In this document: in pieces, positions 9,477 to 21,762 of the stretch
Layout of the letters: each line of letters opens with the position of its first letter
Numbering within the stretch: position 1 is the stretch's first letter
Origin: an uncultured Flavobacteriaceae bacterium
GTDB taxonomy: Bacteria; Bacteroidota; Bacteroidia; Flavobacteriales; Flavobacteriaceae
Direction: 5' to 3'
Length of the DNA stretch: 64,000 nt
NCBI GenBank assembly: GCA_937890575.1
Contig: CALADZ010000098.1
Coordinates: 5,594 to 69,593, forward strand
Notes under the pieces: model-generated
What the model was told of the DNA's origin: nothing
Seen by the model: the letters and a program-made list of their open reading frames with translations, nothing else
The model's database searches: none
Made by a program: the position numbers and the translations under genes

Positions 9477-10245
9477 ACCACAATTTAGTATTTATCTTCT
9501 TTATTTGGGGCTTTTTTCCCTGCTCATTAATTGTCAAGATCCCAGGGATAAACCCGTAACTCCAGGGGAAAAAAATCCCAACCAAAATTCGATCGCCACC
9601 AAGTCAGACTCCATAGTACTGGATACGCTATCAACTCCTGCAAAAAAAACATGGACTATTGAAGAAGCGGTAGGCATAGAACCATCTCTTCAAGACTTCA
9701 AAATCACAGAGGAAAATGCGATAGAATTCTTTTTTCACTACCAAAAACTGGTGAAGGAAAAATATGTCCGCTTGGAGACATCCTATGGAAACATCGTGAT
9801 TGAGCTTTTCGATGAAGTACCGTATCATAAATCTAATTTTATATACCTGACTAAAAAAGGATACTTCGATGAGACCTACTTTCATCGTATTGTGAAAGGC
9901 TTTATTATTCAGGGAGGAAATGCCGACCACGGAGGTATTGCAAAAAAAAGAAAAGAAATTGGGCGTTATTTATTGCCTCCAGTCACTGACAAAGGATTTA
10001 AACACCACCGAGGTGTTGTATCTATGCCAAGTAGCGACATAAATAACCCGCACCAATTGGCCTCCCCTTATGAGTTTTTTATCGTGGTGACCCAGCCAGG
10101 GTCGTACCATTTAGATGCAGGATATACGCCATTTGGCAGAGTGGTCGAAGGGATGGATACCGTGGATAAAATAAATTCTGTTGCCGTGGAAAGCGGAGAT
10201 TGGCCGATTCAAAATGTCGTTATTCGAAAAGCCGTGGCCTATTAA
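9451..10245 (+). CDS. cyclophilin-type peptidyl-prolyl isomerase, lipoprotein-like signal
   Basis: [13 protein letters not shown] motif. The N-terminus ends in LLINC. Confidence 0.85.
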   Translation: MSEKTLKSIPQFSIYLLYLGLFSLLINCQDPRDKPVTPGEKNPNQNSIATKSDSIVLDTLSTPAKKTWTIEEAVGIEPSLQDFKITEENAIEFFFHYQKLVKEKYVRLETSYGNIVIELFDEVPYHKSNFIYLTKKGYFDETYFHRIVKGFIIQGGNADHGGIAKKRKEIGRYLLPPVTDKGFKHHRGVVSMPSSDINNPHQLASPYEFFIVVTQPGSYHLDAGYTPFGRVVEGMDTVDKINSVAVESGDWPIQNVVIRKAVAY

Positions 10246-11453
10246 CGGGCAATCACCCCAGATGCAATCAGCTCTTCTCCTAAGTACAGGGCGGAAAACT
10301 GTCCTTGAGTAATGGCGGATTGAGGGGCAGAAAAACTCAGAAAATAATCCGCTTCACCACGCCAAATAACCCCTTGTTGTAAAGGTTGCCTGTATCGAAT
10401 ACGAGCCATTACCTCCATAGATTGACCCGGAGATAAGGCAAGATCAGGGCGCACCCAATGCATTTCCTCTTGATTGATTTTCAGTGCCCTTCGCCATAGA
10501 CCTGGGTGATCATTCCCTTGGCCTACATAAATAACATTTCGGATTACATCGGTGTCTACCACATACAAAGCTAAAGGTGTCCCACCAACATCCAACCCTT
10601 TGCGCTGTCCGACGGTAAAATAATGTGCCCCACTATGCGCTCCTTTATCGATACCCATCTCTGGAGTATAAGTCCATGGAATGGCGGCTTTTTTTGCATC
10701 TTCCACCGTGTTGATTTCTCCTGTAAAAGGTTCTGAGTAACAGGGATGCGCTGTTGATATCTCGACAATACGCCCGGGATTGGGCTTAAGTTGTTGCTGT
10801 AAAAATTCGGGTAGTCGCACTTTGCCTATAAAACACAGACCCTGAGAATCTTTTTTTTCAGCGGTGATCAATCCTTGAGCTCTCGCTATCTCCCTGACCT
10901 CAGACTTCATCAAACCTCCGATCGGGAACAAACTTCGAGCGAGCTGCTCTTGATTTAACTGACACAAAAAATAGGACTGATCTTTATGAGGGTCTAGGCC
11001 GGACAATAAGTGATGGGTCAACACACCTCCATCACCCGTGGTTTCTTTGCGACAGTAATGACCCGTCGCTACATAATCCGCACCTAAACCAAGTGCGACT
11101 TGAAGAAAAACATCAAACTTAATTTCACGGTTGCAAAGCACATCTGGATTCGGTGTTCTTCCAGCGGCATACTCAGCAAACATATAATCGACAATACGCT
11201 CTTTATAGGTGGCGCTTAAGTCAATTGTTTGGAAAGGAATCCCTAATTTCTGTGCGACGATTAGGGCATCGTTGCTGTCTTCAAGCCAAGGGCATTCATT
11301 GGATATGGTCACCGAATCATCGTGCCAATTCTTCATAAATAACCCGATCACGTCATACCCCTCAGCCAAAAGAAGGTAGGCTGCCACAGAGGAATCTACC
11401 CCTCCAGAAAGGCCGACAACCACTTTAGGTTTGTGGGTAGTCCCTATGGACAT
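10242..11453 (-). CDS. mnmA: tRNA 2-thiouridine(34) synthase
   Basis: PP-loop [17 protein letters not shown]; full-length similarity to MnmA as recalled. Confidence 0.95.
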   Translation of the reverse strand: MSIGTTHKPKVVVGLSGGVDSSVAAYLLLAEGYDVIGLFMKNWHDDSVTISNECPWLEDSNDALIVAQKLGIPFQTIDLSATYKERIVDYMFAEYAAGRTPNPDVLCNREIKFDVFLQVALGLGADYVATGHYCRKETTGDGGVLTHHLLSGLDPHKDQSYFLCQLNQEQLARSLFPIGGLMKSEVREIARAQGLITAEKKDSQGLCFIGKVRLPEFLQQQLKPNPGRIVEISTAHPCYSEPFTGEINTVEDAKKAAIPWTYTPEMGIDKGAHSGAHYFTVGQRKGLDVGGTPLALYVVDTDVIRNVIYVGQGNDHPGLWRRALKINQEEMHWVRPDLALSPGQSMEVMARIRYRQPLQQGVIWRGEADYFLSFSAPQSAITQGQFSALYLGEELIASGVIAR

Positions 11454-11459
11454 AACGAA

Positions 11460-13280
11460 CTATTTTTTAAGTTTCTTCTGGGTTTCAGCTTGTTCCATCA
11501 ACTCCCTCATTTTGCGTTGAAATCCGCTTTCCTTCTTTGGTTGTTGCTTATTGAACTCGATTTGGGCATGTATTTTCTGTTCATCTAAAATGAAATGCTT
11601 GATGACCAACATGATTAAAATAGTAATCAAGTTAGACACAAAGTAATACAAACTCAATCCACTCGCATAAGAGTTAAAGAAAAACAACATCATTACCGGA
11701 GATAGATAAATGATGAATTTCATATTCGGCATGCCAGGTTGAGTCGGCATGTTTTGCCCAGTGGTCATCATCATATAAAAGAAAATGGCAATGGAAGCTA
11801 GAATGGGGAACAAGCTTACGTGATCTCCATAAAATGGAATATGGAAAGGTAATTGCGCGATGGTGTCGTACGAGGAAAGATCATCCGCCCACAAAAAAGA
11901 CTTTTGTCTCAATACAAATGATGTGGGGAAAAACATAAATAACGCATAGAAAATGGGGAGTTGAAGCAGTGCAGGAACACACCCACTTGTCGGGCTTACT
12001 CCCGCTTTTGAATAGAGCTTCATCGTTTCTTGTTGGCGTTTCATCGCATTGTCTTTATGCTGCTCGTTGATGGCTGTTATTTCAGGCTTAATCACCTTCA
12101 TTTTAGCTTGAGAAACATAGGACTTGTACGTGACTGGTGACATGGCCAAACGAACCAATACAGTCATCACGATAATGGCAATCCCGTGAGGAAAATAATC
12201 GCTCAAGAAGGTGTACATCGGGGTAAATACATATCGATTTAACCAACCAAAAATACCCCAACCAAAAGGTATAGAGGACTCTAAATCCAAGGCTTTATAT
12301 TGAGCCAAAACAGCTACATCAGTAGGCCCGTAAAACCAAAACATACGGGTATTAAGCGACCCTGATTGAAAATTCAACGGTACTTTCAGGGTGTTGGTTT
12401 TGGTAAATGCCACCGATTTGTCTTCTTCCTTCACCAGATTGACACTGCTCGTTGAGGCCTTTTCTACAGGAACCTCAAAGGCCAAAATGCTGCTAAAAAA
12501 GTGTTGGCGATAGGAAGCCCAATGCAGCTGATCAACTTGCTCTTCATCATCACTACTATCGGATAATTTACTGATTTTATCCCCCTGGTGGCGATAAGTC
12601 AGTCGGGTATACCTGTTTTCATACACCACGCTTTTTGAGTGGCGAATACCTTGTTGAATCCAAGACAACTCCGCCGGTATTGACGTGTTAACTACTTGAT
12701 CGACACCACTTGTTTCTACCCGAAAATCAATCAGGTAATCATTGGGTTTCACTTGATAGTGGTAGGTGATTGATGCACCTTCCCCCAGTGTAGCCGTCAT
12801 TTTCAAGTGTTGGTTTCCCTCGGCATCTTGACTGATTTCTGGAAGAAAGTACAGGGATGCGGTCTGGATAACCGAATTGTTTTTGGCCGTAAGTCCAATA
12901 GAAAATTGGGCGTTTTGATCCTTAACCAAATAAACAGGTATGGAATCATAGGTTTTAAACGCTTTAATTTGAGCCAGAGTGACCATTCCACCCATTGGAC
13001 TCACTTCTAAATGAAGCAATTCATTGTCTAAAACAACCGGGGTTTTGGGCAATGAATCAATAGCTGGAACCCCTAAATCATCGGCAACTGCAGGTGCGAT
13101 TAAAGGTAATTGCGGGGTATTTGAAGCGGCTTCATCGGCCTCTTGTTGCAAAGCAGCTTCGACTTTCTGTGCGGCCAATTCTTCCGGAGTAGGCTGATTG
13201 ATATAGAACATATAAATCAGTATTCCGAAAATAAGTACGAATCCGATGATTGAATTGAGGTCTAATTTTTTTTCTTCCAT
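11460..13280 (-). CDS. yidC: membrane protein insertase YidC
   Basis: 606 aa. N-terminal TM segment, large periplasmic domain, and a C-terminal 5-TM core with GCVPALLQLPIFYALF. Confidence 0.92.
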   Translation of the reverse strand: MEEKKLDLNSIIGFVLIFGILIYMFYINQPTPEELAAQKVEAALQQEADEAASNTPQLPLIAPAVADDLGVPAIDSLPKTPVVLDNELLHLEVSPMGGMVTLAQIKAFKTYDSIPVYLVKDQNAQFSIGLTAKNNSVIQTASLYFLPEISQDAEGNQHLKMTATLGEGASITYHYQVKPNDYLIDFRVETSGVDQVVNTSIPAELSWIQQGIRHSKSVVYENRYTRLTYRHQGDKISKLSDSSDDEEQVDQLHWASYRQHFFSSILAFEVPVEKASTSSVNLVKEEDKSVAFTKTNTLKVPLNFQSGSLNTRMFWFYGPTDVAVLAQYKALDLESSIPFGWGIFGWLNRYVFTPMYTFLSDYFPHGIAIIVMTVLVRLAMSPVTYKSYVSQAKMKVIKPEITAINEQHKDNAMKRQQETMKLYSKAGVSPTSGCVPALLQLPIFYALFMFFPTSFVLRQKSFLWADDLSSYDTIAQLPFHIPFYGDHVSLFPILASIAIFFYMMMTTGQNMPTQPGMPNMKFIIYLSPVMMLFFFNSYASGLSLYYFVSNLITILIMLVIKHFILDEQKIHAQIEFNKQQPKKESGFQRKMRELMEQAETQKKLKK

Positions 13281-13301
13281 AATGATGGTCAGGATAGGAT
13301 C

Positions 13302-14984
<1,683 letters not shown>

Positions 14985-15016
14985 TTAATTTGTATTTTCA
15001 AGCTAATTTAGCCCCT

Positions 15017-15889
15017 ATGAAAAGAAGAAATTTCCTTCAATCAACCGCACTGTCAGCTCTAGGTGCCACGTCATTAATCTCCACAAAATCATGGGCTTCT
15101 TCCCCTGAAATAAATCAAAGAGAACCCTTAAAAAATCGAATCCACCACTCTGTTTGTCAGTGGTGTTTTGGGGATTTGCCCTGGGAAGAATTGTTGACTT
15201 CATTGGTTGAAATGGGTGTTGGTGCCATCGATTTAGTCGGTCCAGAACACTGGCCTCTCTTGAAAAAATACAACATACATTGCTCTATGTGTAACGGAGC
15301 TGAGATAAGTCTCACCAAGGGATGGAATAATCCTACCTACCACAAGCAGCTGATTGAAAATTACACCAAAATGATCCCACTGGTCGCTGAGGCCGGGTAT
15401 ACAAATTTAATTTGCTTCAGCGGAAACAGAGATGGTATGTCGGACACAGAGGGATTGGCCCATTGTGTTACTGGACTAAAAAAAATCCTTCCGCTTGCCG
15501 AAAAACACGGTGTAGTACTTCAGATGGAACTATTTAACCAACAAGATCACCCTGATTATATGTGCGATCATTCAGATTGGGGCATTGATCTTTGTGTGGC
15601 CTTAGGATCTGAGCATTTTAAACTCCTCTTTGACATTTATCACATGCAAATTCAAGAAGGTGACATCATCAGAAGAATCAGGGAAAATCACCGCTATTTT
15701 GGGCATTATCACACAGCGGGAGTACCTGGTAGGCACGAGATCGATGAAACCCAAGAACTGAATTATCCGGCGATTATGCATGAAATTCTCCAAACTGGAT
15801 ATCAAGGCTATGTCGCTCAAGAATACATCCCAAGGCGTGAGCCTAGAATGCAAGTGCTCTATGAATCGATCAAACGCTGTGACGTTTAA
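15017..15889 (+). CDS. xylose-isomerase-like TIM-barrel protein (hydroxypyruvate isomerase family) with twin-arginine signal
   Basis: MKRRNFLQSTALSALGA Tat-type signal. ATG 15017 is preferred over the upstream ORF-track start at 14990. Confidence 0.8.
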   Translation: MKRRNFLQSTALSALGATSLISTKSWASSPEINQREPLKNRIHHSVCQWCFGDLPWEELLTSLVEMGVGAIDLVGPEHWPLLKKYNIHCSMCNGAEISLTKGWNNPTYHKQLIENYTKMIPLVAEAGYTNLICFSGNRDGMSDTEGLAHCVTGLKKILPLAEKHGVVLQMELFNQQDHPDYMCDHSDWGIDLCVALGSEHFKLLFDIYHMQIQEGDIIRRIRENHRYFGHYHTAGVPGRHEIDETQELNYPAIMHEILQTGYQGYVAQEYIPRREPRMQVLYESIKRCDV

Positions 15890-17034
15890 CGGCCAATCAC
15901 TTCCCACTCCATATCTTTGAGTGCGATCAGCACAAACCCTTGGTTGACTTGGTGTCCTCTGGAATCTTGAACCATATTAAATGGATGCGTTACACCCGCC
16001 CATTCGAAGAATTTTCGACCTTCCGGGGAGGTGATCGATAAACCGCTGAGCTGCAAAACAGCAAACATGACTGAATCATAGCCCCGCACGGCAATTTTAT
16101 CCGGATATTTTGCCCATTCAGCAAAATATTGACTCCCCCAGGAGACAAAAGTCAATGGCTCTTGAACTGCAGAAGTCGTATAATTTAAATCAGATAATTG
16201 TTTGAAGTCGATGACATCATTGTCAAATGCATTAGTAAACAGGGGACTCCACAGCCTAATATGTCCAGAAAATCTGAGTTGAGAACTAAGAATTGAGGCA
16301 ACTGATGAGGCCGTTTTTAGATTAGCGGATTCTACAAATACCCAATTGCTGTTTACGGTATCCATTTTTTGAGTCAACACTTCAAGCAAGCGATTGCTAT
16401 TGACTGTAGCATCTACTTTTTGTGCATTGGGAAATCGCTGCGCAATGCTCTGCGCTTGATTTAATTCCTCACTATCGTGAATGATGGTTACTCTCTGACC
16501 CTTCCATTCTCTTTTAGCGTAATCCAATAATTGTTTGCGCAAGGTCTCGTTTTTTGAGACCCCTTGAATCATAAGACTATTTACCTGTTGCGCATCTGGT
16601 ATGCTCGGCAAAAAAATTGGGATCTTGCGCTGGACAGACCAGTTGGATAAAGCTGGAAGAACGCGATCTGACAATGGCCCTATCAAAAAGTCGATGTTAT
16701 GTTCGGCGTACAATGCCTCCAATTCAGATTGAGCCAAAGATCCGTTGAGCTGAGTGTCCACTGGGTAAGGATTAACCTTAACTCCCAGAGAGTCCAATCG
16801 CCTAATCGCCAAAAGCGCTCCGCTGTAAAAGGAAAGACTGGATTTGGTGTCATTTCTAGCTTCTAAAATCTTTTGTCCCAAAGCTGGATCGATAAAATCC
16901 ATTTTATCAGTCCTAAACGGCAAAGCAAAGGCGATTCCCCAAGAGCCTTTAATTTGGGGTGCCGGTACGCTCTGTCCCTGAAGGGTGAACATACTCACTA
17001 ACGCTAAGACGCAAAATAACTGTTTTAATTTCAT
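15886..17034 (-). CDS. exported periplasmic-binding-protein-like (type 1 PBP fold) protein
   Basis: Signal peptide plus an alternating alpha/beta pattern. Family assignment is tentative. Lies 4 nt downstream of guaA. Confidence 0.55.
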   Translation of the reverse strand: MKLKQLFCVLALVSMFTLQGQSVPAPQIKGSWGIAFALPFRTDKMDFIDPALGQKILEARNDTKSSLSFYSGALLAIRRLDSLGVKVNPYPVDTQLNGSLAQSELEALYAEHNIDFLIGPLSDRVLPALSNWSVQRKIPIFLPSIPDAQQVNSLMIQGVSKNETLRKQLLDYAKREWKGQRVTIIHDSEELNQAQSIAQRFPNAQKVDATVNSNRLLEVLTQKMDTVNSNWVFVESANLKTASSVASILSSQLRFSGHIRLWSPLFTNAFDNDVIDFKQLSDLNYTTSAVQEPLTFVSWGSQYFAEWAKYPDKIAVRGYDSVMFAVLQLSGLSITSPEGRKFFEWAGVTHPFNMVQDSRGHQVNQGFVLIALKDMEWEVIGR

Positions 17035-17038
17035 CCGT

Positions 17039-18571
17039 TTATTCCCATTCTATAGTTGCCGGTGGTTTTGAACTGATGTCGTAGACCACGCGATTGACTC
17101 CCTTGACTTTGTTGATGATGTCGTTGGATGTTTTTTGTAAAAAGGCATAAGGCAAATCCACCCAGTCAGCAGTCATTCCATCGGTGCTTTCCACGGCCCG
17201 CAAAGCAACACACTGCTCATAAGTTCGCTCATCCCCCATCACACCCACACTTTGAACAGGCAATAAAATTGCCCCAGCTTGCCACACCTGATCATATAGG
17301 TTCCAAGACCTTAAACCATCGATAAAAATGGCATCAACTTCCTGTAAAATACGCACTTTTTCAGGAGTTACCTCACCGAGCACCCTGATAGCTAATCCTG
17401 GTCCTGGGAACGGGTGTCTTCCTAACAACACAGAACTAATACCTAAGCTAGCGCCTACCCTTCTCACCTCATCTTTAAACAACAAACGCAAGGGTTCCAC
17501 TACCTTCAACTTCATGTAATCGGGCAAACCACCTACATTGTGGTGACTTTTAATCGTTGCTGAAGGACCACCAGTAGCTGAAAGTGATTCAATGACATCT
17601 GGGTAGATAGTGCCCTGAGCTAGCCATTTAGCATCGACTACTTGATGCGACTCATCGTCAAAAACATCGACAAAAACTTTTCCAATCGCTTTACGCTTGG
17701 CTTCTGGGTCCGTAAGACCACTAAGCGCCTGTAAAAAACGATCTGAGGCATCCACACCTTTAACATTGAGTCCCATGTGCTTGTATTGATCCAGCACTTG
17801 GTCAAATTCATTTTTGCGCAACAAGCCATTGTTGACAAAAATGCAGTGTAGTTGGGTTCCGATAGCTTGGTGCAATAACACAGCAGCCACTGTAGAATCA
17901 ACTCCACCAGACAATCCCAAAATCACGCGATCTTGACCAATTTGATTTTTTAAACTGGTAATGGTCTCGTGAACAAAAGAGTCCGGCGTCCAATCTTGAG
18001 CTACACCCGCAATATCCACTAAAAAGTTGGCGAGCATTTGTTTTCCATCCTTAGAGTGATATACTTCAGGATGAAATTGTATAGCGTACGTGGTTTCTCC
18101 CTCGATTTTATAGGCCGCATTGGTTACATCGTGTGTGCTCCCAATCAATACACCCCCCGCGGGAAGCGTTTTAATCGTGTCTGAATGACTCATCCAAACT
18201 TGGCTCTGAGGACTCACTCCAGCAAAGAATGGTTCGTCGGCTGCCATAAAATCAAGATGCGCTCTTCCGTATTCTCGAGTATTGGAAGGTGCTACTTCAC
18301 CTCCTGAAAAGTGTGCTAGGTATTGGGCCCCATAACAAACAGCAAGCAATGGCTTTTTTCCTCTAATTCCTGTTAGATCTGGATGTGGAGCATCATCTCC
18401 CCTAACCGAATGCGGAGAGCCTGATAGGATAACCGCTTTGTATGGGGACAAATCTTGTGGAAGCAGGTTGTAGGGTTTGATCTCACAAAAAATATTGAGT
18501 TCACGGACCCTTCTGGCAATCAATTGAGTGTATTGAGAACCGAAATCAAGGATAAGTACATTGTTTTGCAT
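17039..18571 (-). CDS. guaA: glutamine-hydrolysing GMP synthase
   Basis: [18 protein letters not shown] and PP-loop [13 protein letters not shown] 18571 is preferred over TTG 18577, which lies inside a -7 box. Confidence 0.95.
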   Translation of the reverse strand: MQNNVLILDFGSQYTQLIARRVRELNIFCEIKPYNLLPQDLSPYKAVILSGSPHSVRGDDAPHPDLTGIRGKKPLLAVCYGAQYLAHFSGGEVAPSNTREYGRAHLDFMAADEPFFAGVSPQSQVWMSHSDTIKTLPAGGVLIGSTHDVTNAAYKIEGETTYAIQFHPEVYHSKDGKQMLANFLVDIAGVAQDWTPDSFVHETITSLKNQIGQDRVILGLSGGVDSTVAAVLLHQAIGTQLHCIFVNNGLLRKNEFDQVLDQYKHMGLNVKGVDASDRFLQALSGLTDPEAKRKAIGKVFVDVFDDESHQVVDAKWLAQGTIYPDVIESLSATGGPSATIKSHHNVGGLPDYMKLKVVEPLRLLFKDEVRRVGASLGISSVLLGRHPFPGPGLAIRVLGEVTPEKVRILQEVDAIFIDGLRSWNLYDQVWQAGAILLPVQSVGVMGDERTYEQCVALRAVESTDGMTADWVDLPYAFLQKTSNDIINKVKGVNRVVYDISSKPPATIEWE

Positions 18572-18574
18572 GAG

Positions 18575-18582
18575 CAAAAATA
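18575..18582 (-). promoter_or_regulatory. putative -7 box (TATTTTTG) for guaA
   Basis: Exact TAnnTTTG on the minus strand, 3 nt before ATG 18571. Confidence 0.4.
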
Positions 18583-18617
18583 AACATTTGAGCCTGGAAA
18601 CAAATGTCAGGCATTAA

Positions 18618-19991
18618 TTATTCTAGGGTGTCGAGAATGGATTCGATATCCTCAATCGTGGTATCAATGCTGATAAAGCAAAAACGAGCCACCGTTTTCC
18701 ACGCCCCGTCGACCAAATCTTTAGTAGGCGCCACCAGCGCAAAGCCACGAGCTAACTGCTCGTAGGTCCACTGAGAATACTGTTGATCACTCCAACCGAT
18801 ACGTTCGAAAAGAACAACGGACAAGCTCGATGGTCTAGTTACTCTCAGGTAGGGGCGTTTTTCAATGGCTGATACAGCCATTCCTGCTAAAGCAATACCT
18901 TGTTCAATGGCCTGACTATATCGATCCGTACCATGCATAGCCAAAGAAAACCAAAGCGGAAGTCCCCTAACTCTTCGGGTTAATTGGATTTGATAATCCG
19001 CTGGATTAAAGCCCGTAAACTGAGGTTCATTGAAAATAGCCAAATAATTTCCTTCTTGGGTATGGGCCGCCTTTGCTTTTTGAGGGTCTTTGTATAAAAC
19101 GGCACCGCAATCATAGGGTGCAAACAACCATTTATGAGGATCAATGGTTATGCTATCGGCCCATTCAATGCCCTCAAACAAATGGCGGACAGAGGGTGCC
19201 GCCAATGCAGCGCCACCATAGGCACCATCTACGTGCATCCACCAACTCTTTTCGGCGCATAGTTCTCCACAACCCCTTAAATCATCAATGATGCCCGCAT
19301 TGGTTGTTCCAGCAGTGACCACTAAGGCAAAAATGCGGTCCTGATCTTCAGCACTTAATCGATTGACTGCCTCGATCACTTGATGGGGGGACATAGCTCC
19401 ATAACAATCTATGGACAGCACATCCGCATCGATGACTTGAGCCATCGCTTTTACCGATGCATGCGCATGATTGCTACAAACCATTAAACCTCTTTGTGAC
19501 ATTCTTTCTTTTGATCGTGTGCGCCAATCATGTCTGGCCGCGACCAAAGCAGAGAGATTGGCTGCGGTTCCTCCGGAGGTAAAAACGCCGAAAGCACCTT
19601 GAGGCAATCCAGTCAAGGAAACCAACCACTGCATCGCTTCATTTTCACAATAAATCCCGCCAGCTCCCTCCATCCAATAGGCACCGTGAATACTTGATGC
19701 TGAAGTCACCAGATCAAACATTATGGCCGCCCTTGTTGGTGCTGCAGGAACAAAGGCCAGGTTTCTAGGGTGGTCAATAGGCACTGTGTGTTTAACCAAT
19801 ACCTCTCGAAACAATTCAAAGGCCTTTTGACCACCAATACCCTTGGCAGAGATTGTCTGGCCAATGCGTTCACGCAATTCTTGCTCTGAAATAGGAATAC
19901 CTAACTCTGGGTGTGTTTTGGTAATCCGACCAATCACATACTTCATGACGTCTAGGGTCATGTCTACTACATCTATATCAATCTTGTGCAT
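18618..19991 (-). CDS. group II pyridoxal-phosphate-dependent decarboxylase
   Basis: SGGTAANL, HVDGAYGG and SITIDPHKW (PLP-lysine) motifs. Confidence 0.85.
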   Translation of the reverse strand: MHKIDIDVVDMTLDVMKYVIGRITKTHPELGIPISEQELRERIGQTISAKGIGGQKAFELFREVLVKHTVPIDHPRNLAFVPAAPTRAAIMFDLVTSASSIHGAYWMEGAGGIYCENEAMQWLVSLTGLPQGAFGVFTSGGTAANLSALVAARHDWRTRSKERMSQRGLMVCSNHAHASVKAMAQVIDADVLSIDCYGAMSPHQVIEAVNRLSAEDQDRIFALVVTAGTTNAGIIDDLRGCGELCAEKSWWMHVDGAYGGAALAAPSVRHLFEGIEWADSITIDPHKWLFAPYDCGAVLYKDPQKAKAAHTQEGNYLAIFNEPQFTGFNPADYQIQLTRRVRGLPLWFSLAMHGTDRYSQAIEQGIALAGMAVSAIEKRPYLRVTRPSSLSVVLFERIGWSDQQYSQWTYEQLARGFALVAPTKDLVDGAWKTVARFCFISIDTTIEDIESILDTLE

Positions 19992-19993
19992 GC

Positions 19994-21607
19994 TTAAGGA
20001 AATATAATTAGGCTACAGGCTTGATCTAACGGATCAAATGTTTCATACAAAGCATCAAAAAACAATGTTCCATAAGTCAGGTAAAAGGGGGCGAAATTTC
20101 TTTTGCGTTCTTGGTATCCGCCCTGGGGGAACAATTCATTGTGCCATTCACTCAATCGAGCCACTTGATCTTTGAGTTGGCGTTTTTGCGCATTGAGCAA
20201 CCTTTTTTCCAATAGATCTATGCCCTGCATTTGTTTAGCTTTTTGCGCATGTACCGCTCCAATAAATGAAGGGTCTGTCGATTCAGCCAAAGTGTACAAA
20301 TGGGCAAACTGCGCTTCGAGCTGTTCCTTGAGAAATCCTAAATCAAGCTCAATATTAGAAATTGATCTGATTTTTTTATTGATCAATTGATCTTTACTCA
20401 AAAAAAGTTGATTTGGCTCCAAACCAAAAGCGGCTATTTTCTTCCACTGTTTCTCAGTCATCAACACCGCTGCATCCCTGTGAATAAGCACAGGAAAAGG
20501 CACCTCTACCGCATCAAAAAGACTTTTTAGCTCAAACCAATAGGAAAGTTCACCACCACCTCCAATGTAGGCGAGATTGGGCAATATCGTCTCTTGATAT
20601 AACGGTCGAGTCAAAACATTAGGGGAAAAACGTTCAGGAAACTGGTCGTATAATTCGATCCACTGAGCTGTCGTGTATTTGATGTCACTACCCACCACAT
20701 GAGCTCCCTGTTCATCTCGTTCCATACGCCCCCTTCTACCTCGATCTATATAAAAGAAATTTAAATCTCTCGGAGAGACTTGTGGCTCATAATCTGGATA
20801 AACCACTTTTATTCGTTCAATAGATTCGCTGACCTTTGTTCTGGTTACATCCTCCATCAATTCACGAACAAATAAGGGCTTGAGCAGTCTTTTTAACTCT
20901 GGGTGATCTGCATCGATGACGACCAATCCGCGATCTCCAAATAAAGCGTCTGCCAACCTCTGTGTTGCTTTTGCCAGGTTATCGGATTGCAGGTAAGCCA
21001 ACTCGAACTGCTCCTTCAACCATTCAGCTCTTTGCGATGTACCCAACAAGCTGGCTAATACCTCATAAACAGCATCAATCCCATCCGTTTTTAAATGCCC
21101 AACTGGACCATCAAGTGGGGTATTGGGTTCCCAAACTAATTTTTGATCCCCTAGATAAAAGTGATTGATCTCAGCAAAATCATGGTCTTCCGTAGCCATC
21201 CAATAGACCGGAACAAATTGATGTTCTGGAAATTCCTCCCTCAATTTTTCAGCTAGTTTGATCGTTGATATCAACTTATAAACCACATATAATGGTCCAG
21301 TAAATAGATTTAATTGATGTCCCGTCGTTACTGTAAAACAAGTAGAATTAACCCAACAGTCTATATTTTGTTGGACCGATGCGCTGAAGGGAAGATCCGC
21401 ATACTGTGCCTTGAGATGCGCTTGAACTAGTTGGCGGGTAGCCGATGAAAAGTCTTGTCGAAAAGATATTTGTTGTCCTAGACCGACCATTGAAGGCCAA
21501 GGTCCAACAAACGGTTCTATGGAGGGTTTTTTTTCTAAATAATCCCTGACCAGAGTACCCGGTGCATACATATTGGAGAGCGGAATGCGAACTTGTTGGA
21601 AACCCAT
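19994..21607 (-). CDS. bshC: bacillithiol biosynthesis cysteine-adding enzyme BshC
   Basis: 537 aa with the IGGGGELSYWFELKS motif characteristic of BshC as I recall it. Confidence 0.8.
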   Translation of the reverse strand: MGFQQVRIPLSNMYAPGTLVRDYLEKKPSIEPFVGPWPSMVGLGQQISFRQDFSSATRQLVQAHLKAQYADLPFSASVQQNIDCWVNSTCFTVTTGHQLNLFTGPLYVVYKLISTIKLAEKLREEFPEHQFVPVYWMATEDHDFAEINHFYLGDQKLVWEPNTPLDGPVGHLKTDGIDAVYEVLASLLGTSQRAEWLKEQFELAYLQSDNLAKATQRLADALFGDRGLVVIDADHPELKRLLKPLFVRELMEDVTRTKVSESIERIKVVYPDYEPQVSPRDLNFFYIDRGRRGRMERDEQGAHVVGSDIKYTTAQWIELYDQFPERFSPNVLTRPLYQETILPNLAYIGGGGELSYWFELKSLFDAVEVPFPVLIHRDAAVLMTEKQWKKIAAFGLEPNQLFLSKDQLINKKIRSISNIELDLGFLKEQLEAQFAHLYTLAESTDPSFIGAVHAQKAKQMQGIDLLEKRLLNAQKRQLKDQVARLSEWHNELFPQGGYQERKRNFAPFYLTYGTLFFDALYETFDPLDQACSLIIFP

Positions 21608-21653
21608 AAGAATAATTGCTTGGTAAATATACGCGAACTCTTTTTGTTGGATT

Positions 21654-21661
21654 TAATTTTG
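21654..21661 (+). promoter_or_regulatory. putative -7 box (TAATTTTG), distant from the CarbopepD-like gene
   Basis: Exact TAnnTTTG but 101 nt before ATG 21763, so the assignment is weak. Confidence 0.25.
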
Positions 21662-21762
21662 ACGAAAACTTGAGGACTTTTTAACATTAATCAAAACGTA
21701 TTATCCCTGTCAAATCGTAACTTTATGGCACTCTGATGTAGAGGAACCTCATCCATTGTTCA

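Noticed and set aside
18592-18612. The GCCTG/CAGGC 5-bp inverted repeat between the decarboxylase gene and guaA as a terminator.
   Set aside because: The stem is only 5 bp with an 11-nt loop and an interrupted T-tract, which is too weak to call. The genes may be co-transcribed, or guaA may use its own -7 box.
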